Of a DNA stretch of 64,000 bases, positions 53,325-64,000 are shown piece after piece. Every line of letters starts with the position of its first letter. Position 1 is the first letter of the stretch. A program made the position numbers and the translations under genes. The notes beneath the pieces were generated by a model. That model saw only the letters and a program-made list of their open reading frames with translations. It did no database searches and was not told the DNA's origin. This DNA is from Gordius albopunctatus (lineage: Eukaryota): contig OZ193909.1 of NCBI GenBank assembly GCA_964276515.1, positions 17,422,001 through 17,486,000 on the forward strand, read 5' to 3'.

Positions 53325-53608
53325 TATTTGCTTAGTATTTTATTCAAATTGCTAAGTATTTTTAGCGTCATTGCTAAGTATTTATTTATTTGCTAATTAT
53401 TTAATTCATTTGCTAAGTTTTTAAATTAATGATAAGTTTTAAATTCAAATGCTAAGTATTTTATTCATTTGCTAAGTATTTAAAAAAAATTTTCTAATTG
53501 TTTTGGTAAGTATTTTATATATTTGCTAACTATTTTATTTGTTTGCTAAGTATTTTAATGTTTTGCTAAGTATTTAAATTATTGCTAAGTATTTAAATTA
53601 TTGATAAG
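53325..53608. repeat. Degenerate minisatellite of about 21 bp (TTGCTAAGTATTT core)
   Basis: The core recurs about a dozen times at regular spacing. Confidence 0.85.
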
Positions 53609-53609
53609 T

Positions 53610-54237
53610 GTAGTGTTGCGATCTCGTATCGTCTCAGTCTCGAAAGTAAAATCTCGTCTCGTCTCGGGTGCAATTATTAAAATATCGATCTCGTCTCGTC
53701 TCGGCATAGAAAAATCTCGACCTCGTCTCGTTTCGTCTTTTAAAAACAATCATACCATATATTTTTTTCTGACTCTTATAAATTATTATATAAGATATAA
53801 TCGTTTTTATATAAGATGTCAATAAATTCATTATGTTAAAATATGATGATATTATTAAACTTTATACTTTTATTGAGCCTGAGCCAGGAAATAAAGTTAT
53901 TAATTAGCAACTTTATACCTTCGAGTCAAGTAGTATATTACACCTATATTAATGATTCCTACCTTAAGTTACTCATCTAGCTTGTGTTTTGGGGTTTGAG
54001 AAAAAATTGGTTTCATTATGACCAATTTATATCTTACATACTAATTTATAAGAGCTAGAAAAAAAATATATTTGGTATAATTATTTTTAAAAGTCGAGAC
54101 GAGACGAGAATTCTCGGCTAGACGAGACGAGATTGAGATTTTTCTAGGCCGAGACGAGATCGAGATTTTAATAATCGCACCCAAGACTAGACGAGATTTT
54201 TCTTTCGAGACCGTGACGAGACGAGATCGAAACACTA
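53610..54237. mobile_element. MITE with long imperfect TIRs (CGAGACGAGA family)
   Basis: TAGTGTTGCGATCTCGT...ACGAGATCGAAACACTA. The arms of about 180 bp are inverted copies. Confidence 0.8.
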
Positions 54238-55888
54238 GAAAATACTTGGCTCTATCGTTTTAAATTGGTTAAATAAAAAGATTAGATATAATTTATTTAA
54301 TAATACAATTAAAATAGTATGGTAAATATAAAGCTCGTTGTTGCGTTTGCAGTGCTATATTTGATGGGTAAATTTGGAATATTTTATCAATATTTTTGAG
54401 GGTTTTGAATTAATTACCAAAAAGAGTTTGCCAAAGTTAAAAATTAATCAAATATATATCTCGATGAAATCGTTGAATCACGAACAATTCGTTATAAATA
54501 AAAGAATATCTATAAAAACAGAGCTTATAAAAGAATAAAGTGTTGGTATTACTTACCTCAATGAAAGACGAAATAATGGCTATTTTGGGATGAAATTTGA
54601 GATAAAAAATACCATGAAAGAAAGAGAGGAAGACCAAAACAAACGTTTAAGCAATTTATCTATGAATTTAAATATATATTCAAATAAAAGGACCATTGAA
54701 AATAAATACTCAAACTGAACATCAGAGAATGTGATAAAAAGTAATAGCAAAACAGAATGAAGTTATCCATCAAATTATATCTGTAGCCTGTAGGATTACA
54801 TTACTCCAAGAAAAAATACCTTACATTCCTATCACCCCCGGATGTTATATTTTGGATTTTTTTTGTTGCGTTTTTAAATTAAGTTATTAATATCATATAA
54901 TAAAATCGATTTGTATTAGAAATGTGTAGAGGGTATTTAAAAAGAGTAAATATTAAAATATCATTTTACACTTTCATTTATAAACTAATGTCATTATTCT
55001 CTAAATCTTTACCATAAGGAAAATTGTTATTTTTCCAAAACCTCCAGTTTTTTAGATAAACGAGGCCTAAGTTGCAAAAAATGCCCATTTTAACCTTGTT
55101 AAGGTTATATCTCAGAGGTATTTTGTATTTATATTAAAAAATTTTAATATATTCCAGTAGATTAAAGTTTCTTCCATAGGTTCACTATTTTATTTTTTGT
55201 TTAACCACTATATTTTAATTTATTTGCATTTACGTGAACCCCTTCACCTTATTAAAATCGTCCACACTATACCCGGAAAATAGAGTACATTATACTACAT
55301 ACTACATGCGTGATGTTTACTAACACGTTACTCTCTCTCTTTCGCCTTTTCTTTCACTAATGGGGCGGAAAGTGGAGGAGAAAAAAAACATACTTAATGT
55401 ACTCTAATGTTCTCCATTTTCTAGGCAGAGTGGGACAAATTTTGATAAGGAGAAGGTGTTTACGTAAACGCAATATATTCATATATAGGGGTAAAAACTT
55501 TAGTCTATAAGAATATAGTAATATTTTTTTGTATAAATTAAAATTGCCATGGGTATAAAGCCTTAAAAAAGTTAAAATAGGCTTTTTCTGCACCTTTGAG
55601 ATCTTCAAAATGTAAGACTTTGGGAAAAACTAAAAAAAAACATATTATTATTTTATTCCTATCAGAAATATTGGTCTGATTGGGATAGAATCACAAAGTC
55701 AATATCCGTAGACCTAATTATCATACTTAACTTTATTTAATCAATATAAAACTGCTAGGCTTAAGTTTTAATTTTAAACTTATGCATTGCTCTCATAATA
55801 GCCTTATAACCAACTTCGTCATTGATAAAAATCGCTGTAAAAATAATCAGCTGTCAAAGTACCTTTAAGTCACATAATAATATAAAAT

Positions 55889-56772
55889 ATGATATCCAAG
55901 TTGCAAATAGTAAATATTTTTACAAATATATATGAATAATTAATTTATAGCGTGCACTTTCTACAAGTCCAAATTGCTTAAATATAATTAAGGTGAGTGT
56001 TGGTTTACATTATATACATAATTTTAGCCTGCTCTTCAATTATATGGCTTAAATGGGAGATATGCACATGCTTTATATTCTGCGGCATATAAAGAAAAAA
56101 AATTAGAAATGGTCGAAAAAGAATTAAAAACAATAACACAAAAATTTGGTACAGATATAAAATTTTCGAGTATTATCAACAATCCATTGATTCCTCGCAA
56201 ACCAAAAAAAGAATATATTGTGGAGTGTTTGAAAAAAATGAACTTTTCTAACATTGCCACTAGCTTTTTTAGTAATTCTATGTATGTATTAATATATAAT
56301 ATAGGTTTAATTGTTGAAAATGGAAGGTACAATAAAATTCCGTCTATATTAAGGGCGTATGAACGCATTATGGAGTCACACAGAGGTGAAGTAGCTGCTG
56401 AAATTGTTACTGCTAAGGTAAACTATATTATATGATTTTTCGCAAACTAATTTTAAGTGCAAGGCTATATAATAACATATATATTATTTTAAAAATTTTT
56501 ATAGCCTTTAGAGAAAGATACTCTTAAAGAAGTTGAAACAGCTTTACAATCTCTAATTAAGAAAGGGGAAATACTTAAACTCACCACTAAAGTATTTTTT
56601 TATTATAATAAAATCTTTTGTCTATCAATTAATACTATGTTTATTTAATTCAAATTAGGTTGATCCAGGAATTATAGGAGGCATGATAGTTCGAGTTGGA
56701 GATAAGCATGTGGATATGTCAATGGCAACTAAATTGAATTTATTTAAAAATACCTTAATGCACCCTGTTTAG
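55889..56772 (+). CDS. ATP5PO: Mitochondrial ATP synthase subunit O (OSCP); 6 exons
   Basis: Exons 55889-55909, 55951-55992, 56028-56271 (PALQLYGLNGRYAHALYSAA), 56305-56417 (LIVENGR...HRGEVAAEIVTAK), 56505-56591, 56659-56772 (VDPGIIGGMIVRVGDKHVDMSMATK). All introns are GT-AG and phases are consistent. Confidence 0.96.
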
Positions 56773-59700
56773 TATTATTTATAATTTTTATATCGTTTTA
56801 AAAAATTTTATTGCTATGTAATTGTGCATTTTCAATCAAAACAATGGATAGTAGTCTACCTAATTTGCTAAAACTTTTAGAAATTTCTTTTAGAGCAAAA
56901 GTTGAGTGCATATTTTCTGTTGAAAAACACTTTTTTTGAGTTTAGTTTCTGAGCCATGTCAGACCACTTAATCAATCTACCACCTATTAAAAAATTTAAA
57001 CCTCATTGCATAGGCTGAATTATCTTTCTCCTTGCATATCACCTAATTTTATCATAGGAACATTTTACACACCACGTTTAAAATAGTAACTCCAATGTTA
57101 AAGGGCTCAAGATAATGTTTTTTAATTTCTGGCCCAACTTGTGACCAAGCTAGGCTTAACACCTATTTTTAATCCCAACTTTTAAGCAAGCTTTACATTT
57201 AGAAGTTTATAGAAAAAAAGAATGAAATTGTTATTATAAGAAGTAAAGGATTAAGAATTCAATTTATCTTGCTACGATTTAAATATTTTAAAACATAAAG
57301 GTTTATATATGATAGCTTCTTAGAATTGTAAAAAGATTCTTACGATTTTAAAAATGTGTTGGTTATAAGAAGTATGGGCTAGTGTTTGAAATGTTTAATA
57401 TAAACCCTGTACAAACACTGCTGGATAATTTATGAAAGTATTTTTAGGATAGTATATTAGCTAAGGCTTGCTTTGGACTTCGGGTTGGCCTATCAGGGTC
57501 GACTCAAACCTAAGATCTAAATATATTAATTTTCGTCCGTCCCTGGCCCCAAATCCTCTTTCTACCCCCCGCGCAGGACTCTAGCCTAGCCCTGAGGACT
57601 TTAGTGTAAATGTAGATAAATCCGTTTTAAACAATTAATCTTTCAAACTGTCAATAATAATTTAAGTTAATTGTGTATAGTTGTCGTTATTTTATTTAGG
57701 GGTTATAATATTTGAACAATACTTGCCTCTCAAAAACGTCCTCTGTTTTTTTATAATCGATGTTAATTTGTTAAAATTAGGAAATTTGACAATAATATAA
57801 AATAAAACATATATAACGAAATGCTTCTAATAAGGAAAATAAACTATTCTAATACAAAATTATATTTGCAAGATTTCCTGAGGGGGTGGGCCGTTCATAA
57901 AATTTTCATGAATAATACTATTAAACAAAAATTTATTAAGGTTACTAACTGACCCGGCAAACGCTGTTTTGCTATATACATTATTTCTAGAAAATACTAT
58001 AGGTGGTGATCATATAATGAGCGAATAAAATATAATTGGCCTATGGGAAATAATTCGCGAACTTAATGTAGGAAGAATTAACACGCTAACTAAATACAGA
58101 ACATAAATACATAAAGCAAAGTACTTAATATTATTCAATATAAACGTTAAATACGAATAACCGTTAAAATTGTATTTTTTGGGGCCTTTAATGCAAAATC
58201 ACTGACTTCCTTAAGAAATATATGAATTTGTGGTTTGCTTCAAATTTTTATTTAATTTGTAAATTGCCACAGGTTTTTTTTAGTAAAGATGCTAAAAACA
58301 TTTTTTGGTCCTACCGCAAAATCACGATTCTGGCAAATGGCCGTTTTCGGACTTCAATCAAAACCTCAACCCGCCCTTAAAATCCTTTTATTTTTGCGCC
58401 TGAACATATTTTCGCGCGTCCAGCTTTTCACTTATTTGGGCAAACTACAATTCTGCTTATATCAGTTTTGTATTCATACGAGGATAATATTTTTCTATTT
58501 TTTATTTTAGAATATATATCCGAGCGGTGATTTGGGTGGATTACGAGGTGGGGGGATAGGGCCGGCTTAAATATATACTTATTTTTATTTTACATGGTCG
58601 GTTATTTTATTTTATTCATTATAAAAAAAACTAAGAGAAGAAAAAATCGCGTTATCAAGATCAATGACGCATGCAATCATAATATCAGGGGGAGAAATAA
58701 CAAATACGTATAAGCGCGTGGGGGGGGGGGGAATAACATACGCGTAAATAAAATCAAGTGTAAAGGAAACGTACCGCCTTTGAAGTGGTAGGGTTCAGTA
58801 CTATGTATATAATCAGTACACAGATGTTGGATCAAAAGAATCTTGTAATGAATGAACTTTTAAATAAACATGGGGGGTGGGACAAATCTTCGGATATGAC
58901 ACCTTTCCTTTTTCAAAAAAAATTTAGGACCAGAGGTAGACAAAAGAATAATTGATATAATGTAATTGGATGGTTTTTATCAACAACGTTCTGATTATGG
59001 GTTTACAATATTAAGAGTAAAAATAACAAAAAATATTGTACTAACATGTGTAACCTTCAATAAAATCATATGGTCTTCTCCTTTGAAGAATTAAGTATTC
59101 GTGTAAAATCATGTGGTCTTCTCCTTTGCAGCATTAAGAATCCATGGCAAACGGGATATATTTATAATTACCTCATTTATGACTTGTGGGAATAATCCGC
59201 GTGTTATTTAATGTTCGCGGTATACTTTGATCTTAATTAAAATTATTTTATTAATGTTAATGTAAAAGGGTTAACGAACGGTTCCGCAATCCTTGTAATT
59301 AAAAAAAAGGAATTGGTCAAAAGAAGACACTTTTACCGCAGGTTAACCCAGACGCGGAAGTGGCTAATTCTCTTTGACGCTCTCTTTTTTTAATTACTTT
59401 TACTTTTTATTTTTAACTCAGCCACATCTGTTACTAATCTTTGCAGCCCCGTCTGAAGATTTGCTAATTCAATCAAGCCGACCACCCTGGGGAGATCCAA
59501 CAGCTATAAAAGCGAAAATCTCACTTCACTAAAAAAGTCCTCGTAAATTTGTCCCCAGTCCTCGTAAATTTTTCCCCAGTCCTTCGAAGTTTTCCCCTAA
59601 CTTTGTATTTTCCCCAAAAACCTTATAATTGTTTCCAATCCCTACGCCTTCGCTCTTTTACTATAATATTATTGAATTTTGTAATTTAATCTTCGCGAAT

Positions 59701-59786
59701 ATTAATCTGTCTTTATCGTTGTAAATAAATTCGCATCTTTCTTTTTACTTAATTTTTTTTCGCCTTAGACCGCCGTCCATTAAATT

Positions 59787-59797
59787 TGGTGTCAGAA
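59787..59797 (+). promoter_or_regulatory. Primer-binding site (tRNA-Leu type)
   Basis: TGGTGTCAGAA is complementary to the 3' end ...TTCTGACACCA of tRNA-Leu(CAA/CAG). Confidence 0.8.
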
Positions 59798-60372
59798 TCG
59801 CCCTCTTCTTAAAAAAAAGGAATCGTAAGTAAAAATAATTTTTTTAGTAAAAGATTTTTATTTGAATGTTGGTTTAAATAATTATAATTGAATATAAGGT
59901 CTGATCGAATATTTCTGTTGTAAAATATTGGAATAGATTTGATCATATAATGTTCGGTTGTAAAATATTATATTGAAGTTATTAGGAGGTGAATATTTCT
60001 ATTTATGCATAATAATGGATAAAGGGTTTTTATGTTTGATAATTTTACTTTTAATCGTGATACTTATATTAAATAATTATTATATACGTCTATGTTTAAT
60101 AAAATGGTTACTGTATACATTATGATAATTAATTTATTTGAAAACTCTTGTTTGATTTACTTAATTAATTTTTGATTAAACGAAAACTTTTGTTTAGATT
60201 ACTTAATTAAGCTTGGTTTTAATTAAATTGCTTTATTTAATTAAATTTGATTTTCTATTTAAATTATTTAGTTTATTTAATTTAAATTGCTGTTTGATTG
60301 AATTTGATTTCTATTTAAATTATTTAGTTTAATTAATTTAAATATAGTTCTGATTGCATTTGGTAATTTATA

Positions 60373-60876
60373 ATGTTTGGTTTTTACACGCCGCCGTCAA
60401 TTGGTATCAATTTTTTTAATTATTTGTGCGCAGATAAATTACTTGTATATATATCAATTTTAAGCATATTAGTTTTATTTGTCTTATATAAATTAAAGAA
60501 AATAGAAAAAGTTTTTGTACTTAAGGCTAATTTTAAATCTAATATAAGATGTTATGGATGTGGGCAACGGGGACATCTCAAAAGGGATTGTGACAATAAA
60601 TATTTTAAAAGGGGGAATACGGGAAATTGCAGATATATTTCGGAAAATTTTGCACAACGGGGTCCGAGAGAAAATTTTAATAATTATGCGCAACCCCATA
60701 GACCCTACACTGACTATAGATTTAACCAGAAAAACGTTCCAAGTTTTAACGCACCCACCACTTCGAATAATTACGACAACACAAAAGAGGTTGGGGACGG
60801 TAAATTTTGTTATAAGTGTAGAGGACACGTCAATCACGCGCAAACAGTTGCTAATGGGCAAACTGTGTTTGATTGA
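60373..60876 (+). CDS. gag: Atypical short Gag-position ORF (167 aa): predicted TM helix plus CCHC zinc knuckle, no recognisable capsid domain
   Basis: LLVYISILSILVLFVLY followed by KLKKIEK, then CYGCGQRGHLKRDC (CX2CX4HX4C), an N/Y/R-rich region and a degenerate CYKCRGHVNH. Confidence 0.8.
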   Translation: MFGFYTPPSIGINFFNYLCADKLLVYISILSILVLFVLYKLKKIEKVFVLKANFKSNIRCYGCGQRGHLKRDCDNKYFKRGNTGNCRYISENFAQRGPRENFNNYAQPHRPYTDYRFNQKNVPSFNAPTTSNNYDNTKEVGDGKFCYKCRGHVNHAQTVANGQTVFD

Positions 60877-63800
60877 CTAGCGCAAGATAATTCAAATTAC
60901 ATTGATATGCGCAAGGTAGATATAAATAAAGTTTTAAATTCCTCAGCTTCACCTTTAGTGATAGTAAATGTCGATAATTTTAAGCTAACATTTATATTAG
61001 ATACTGGCGCCGCAATATCCATTATTAGTTTTAAAACATTTAAAAAATTTTGGCCGGATCGAAATTTTGAAACTGCTAATATAATTGCTAAGCAACTTGA
61101 TAATACTTTAATAACTGTTTTAGGTAAAATTAATGTTTTGGTTAAAGTGGCAGAATTTGTAGTCGAATTGGATTTATTTATTATTAAAGAGAACGTAGAT
61201 AACATAATGGGCTGGTCCTGGATTAGGATAATTGGGCCCAAAATTCAATGGTGGGGATTATGTAATAAAAGTAATGCTCGCAAAATTTTGAAAGTTGATG
61301 TTAAGTCCATGGTGATGTCGAAGGCGTTGTCAGGTAGTTCACAGTGCAGGGATTTCACACCCGTTTTTCATTCTGAGTTAGAGCGCATAGCTCATAAATC
61401 AGATAACTCGGGAGGTCCCGTCTGCCAAGAACAACCCATTTTTCAGGCCGATTTAAAGTGCGGGGTACCTTTGGTACCCACATGCCATAAATTAGCTAAT
61501 TTGGAGGCAAAGTCTGATTTGGTCACAACATGGCACACCAAGATTGATAATATAAAAAACCAATTCTCTAAAATTTTTGAACCTGGTTTAGGATGTTTAA
61601 ATGACGAAATATTTTCGGTTAGAGTTGATTTAAATGCCATTCCTAAATTTTGTTCTGCCAGACGCGTACCTTTTATTTTAAAAAATAAGGTCGACGAGGT
61701 AATTAAAACATGGTTAAAGGATAATGTAATTGAACCTATTGGCTATTCGGAATGGGCCACACCTTTAGTACCTGTCAGGAAGACTGACGGTACAATTAGG
61801 GTTTGTGCTGATTATAGAATCACGGTAAACAAATGTATTATTGAGGTAAAATACCCCTTACCTAGGTTAGAAATTATTTTTGCTAAATTAATAGGCGCTA
61901 AATTTTTCTCAAAAATTGACCTTGCCAATGCTTATTTGCAGTTACAGGTAGATGAAAAGTCATCGCGGCTCCTAACAATTAATACCGAGGCCGGACTTTT
62001 TAAATTTAAAAGGCTACCTTTTGGCTTAAGCATTTCAGCTGCTATTTTTCAGCGTGCTATGGCGTCGATTTTTAGTAATTTAGACGGTATAATATTTTAT
62101 TTGGACGATATATTAATAACGGGACGAACGAGAGATGAGCATGATTTGCGTCTTGTTCAGGTCTTGAATTTAATTAGTCTAAAAGATTTAAAAGTTTCAG
62201 CTAAAAAATGTGTTTTTGGGACTGAACAAATTAGCTATTTAGGACATATTTTAAATAATGGTAATATTCAACCAAAGTATGACAAGATAGAAGCCATTAA
62301 AAATGTTAAGTTGCCTACTAATAAAAAGGAACTATCGTCATTTATGGGTTTAATGAATTATTATAGTAAATTTATAAATAATTACACTGAATATGCTGGA
62401 CCATTATACGAACTGACAAAAAAAGACGTCATATTTAAATGGAGTAAAAGTGATATTGAAAAATTTGATTTTTTGAAAAATATCTTGCTTAAAAAACCCA
62501 TTTTAAGATGTTTTGATCCTAACAAACAACATATATTAAGGGTCGATGCGTCTAATATTGGTATTGGAGGCGCATTATGTCAGGTCGAGGATGGTATGGA
62601 GCATCCAATTTTGTATTTTTCGCGTAAATTAAATAAAACAGAGGTCGGATATTCGGTTATAGAACGCGAGGCATTAGCGATGATTTACGGTTTACAGCGA
62701 TGTCGCGAATATTTAATTGGCAAATCGTTTACTGTGATCACCGATCATAAGCCGCTTGTTGCTTTATTTAAAAAGGCGAACGCCGAACTATTAATGTCTC
62801 CTAGATTACAACGTTGGCTTGTAATGTTGGGTAATTTTACATTAACCCTAAAATACGGCAAGGGAGAGGATAATCATTTGGCTGATGTACTATCGCGTTT
62901 GGGCGCAGATAACATTGAGGCCGAAGATTTACCTTTGTCTTGTGATATTATAGGAGGACATGTAATCAATTCTTTGAATATTTTAGATTTAAATGATATT
63001 GTTAATGAAAGTAACAGGGACCCTGAAATATGTAAAGTAAAGAATATTTTGGCGGGCTTAGACGATAAAATTAATGTACCTATTCCTTTTAAACATATTT
63101 TGAACGAATTATATTTAGAAGATAATGTTCTTAAAAAGCATGAAAGGTTAGTGGTACCGATTAAGCTTCGTCAGGAAGTGCTAAAAATAGTACATCAGGG
63201 ACACTGTGGAATGGTTAAAATGAAAAGCTTGGCTAGACAATATGTCTGGTGGCCGCAGTTAACTAAAGATATCCAAAAATTCGTTAGGCAGTGTGAGCTT
63301 TGTAAGCTTGATGCACCGATGCCGCGTAGAAATAAAAAATCTAAGTGGCCTCGTCCTAAATTTCCATGGGAGCGTATACACATAGATTTTTTTGAATTAG
63401 ATAAAAAACGGTACATATTAATAGTAGATGCATTTTCCGGTTGGACGGAATTTAGAATTATATCAAATATATCTAGTAGAGTAACAATTACAATTTTGAG
63501 GGAATTGATAGGAAATTATGGGTTTCCAGAAATAATTGTTACGGATAATGGTAAAGCTTTTGTTAGCAACGAGTTTAAACAATTTTGTTTAAAATATAAA
63601 ATTAATCATATTTTAACTCCACCGTACCATCCAAGCTCTAATGGGCAGGTAGAAAGGTATGTAGGTATTGTTAAAAAATGGTTAAAAATAGCTAAAGTAA
63701 CGAAGGACGGAACGTGGTTATCTAAACTTTATCACAATATGTCACCACGGTATCCTAATCGTGCTCCGGTTAGCTATGAGTTTTTGAATCGTAAATTAAG

Positions 63801-64000
63801 GTACCCACCCGATTTGTTAAAGTTCACTGAACACCAAACATCGCCCAGTATTAGTGTGCCAAAGTTTAAGGTAAACCAAAGAGTTTGGTATCGAAACTAT
63901 TTGGGGAAACCTAAATGGGTGTTAGGTGTAATTATTGAACAATTAGGGACAAAAGTTTATAAAGTTAAGGACTCAAATGAAAATAAATTTGAAATTAGGC
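60877..64000 (+). CDS. pol: Pol polyprotein PR-RT-RNase H-integrase, uninterrupted to the window end (over 1040 codons), in frame with gag
   Basis: Manual translation shows no stop. Motifs: FILDTGAAISII (PR, about 60991), SEWATPLVPV, RLPFGL, YLDDI (62098), VDASNIGIGG/TDHKPL/ADVLSR (RH), HQGH...CELC, IHIDF/VTDNG/NGQVER (IN DDE). It is absent from the ORF track because it has no stop inside the window. Confidence 0.97.

Larger units (their letters stand above)
59049..64000 (+). mobile_element. Apparently intact Ty3/gypsy (Mag-like) LTR retrotransposon, running off the window
   Basis: Putative 5' LTR about 59049-59782 (left boundary uncertain) with TATAAAA near 59505 and AATAAA near 59724, then PBS, an AT-rich leader of about 575 nt, a short gag and an open pol. 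Confidence 0.93.

Noticed and set aside
54437..55608. Short ORFs and splice-like signals upstream of OSCP
   Set aside because: No consistent multi-exon frame or recognisable motif.
56960..57165. Possible minus-strand exons (VLSLAWSQVGPEIKKHYLEPFNIGVTILNV / VICKEKDNSAYAMRFKFFNRW*) convergent with OSCP
   Set aside because: I could not recognise a homologue or link upstream exons, and it needs a 30-nt intron. Unresolved without RNA-seq.
60874..60876. UGA as selenocysteine or a variant genetic code
   Set aside because: It lies exactly at the gag-pol boundary in a readthrough context, no other in-frame UGA occurs in pol or the host exons I translated, and Trp is encoded by TGG.

Overview
This is AT-rich, repeat-dense animal (invertebrate-type) genomic DNA with many very short spliceosomal introns (33-53 nt). 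The species cannot be identified from the sequence. Four host genes can be assembled by hand: a secreted CAP/CRISP protein with a C-terminal ShKT-like domain (+, 157-4750), a divergent multi-exon Patched (-, 36116-17237), TFG (-, 45682-39989) and mitochondrial ATP synthase OSCP (+, 55889-56772). Between and inside them lie two decayed Ty3/gypsy elements, an RTE-type LINE fragment, a tRNA-derived SINE, a deleted hAT transposon interrupted by a Helentron/DINE-like element with a higher-order tandem array, Helitron derivatives and many hAT-type MITEs. The most unusual object is the LTR retrotransposon at the right edge (about 59050 to >64000). Its pol frame (PR-RT-RH-IN, over 1040 codons, missed by the ORF track) has no stops. 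Its gag is only 167 aa, has no recognisable capsid domain, and consists of a predicted transmembrane helix plus a CCHC knuckle. It is joined in frame to pol by a single UGA in the CUAG readthrough context. The second highlight is a Patched with conserved ectodomains but apparent loss of the acidic transmembrane transport residues. All exon and alignment calls were made by eye, against reference sequences recalled from memory.
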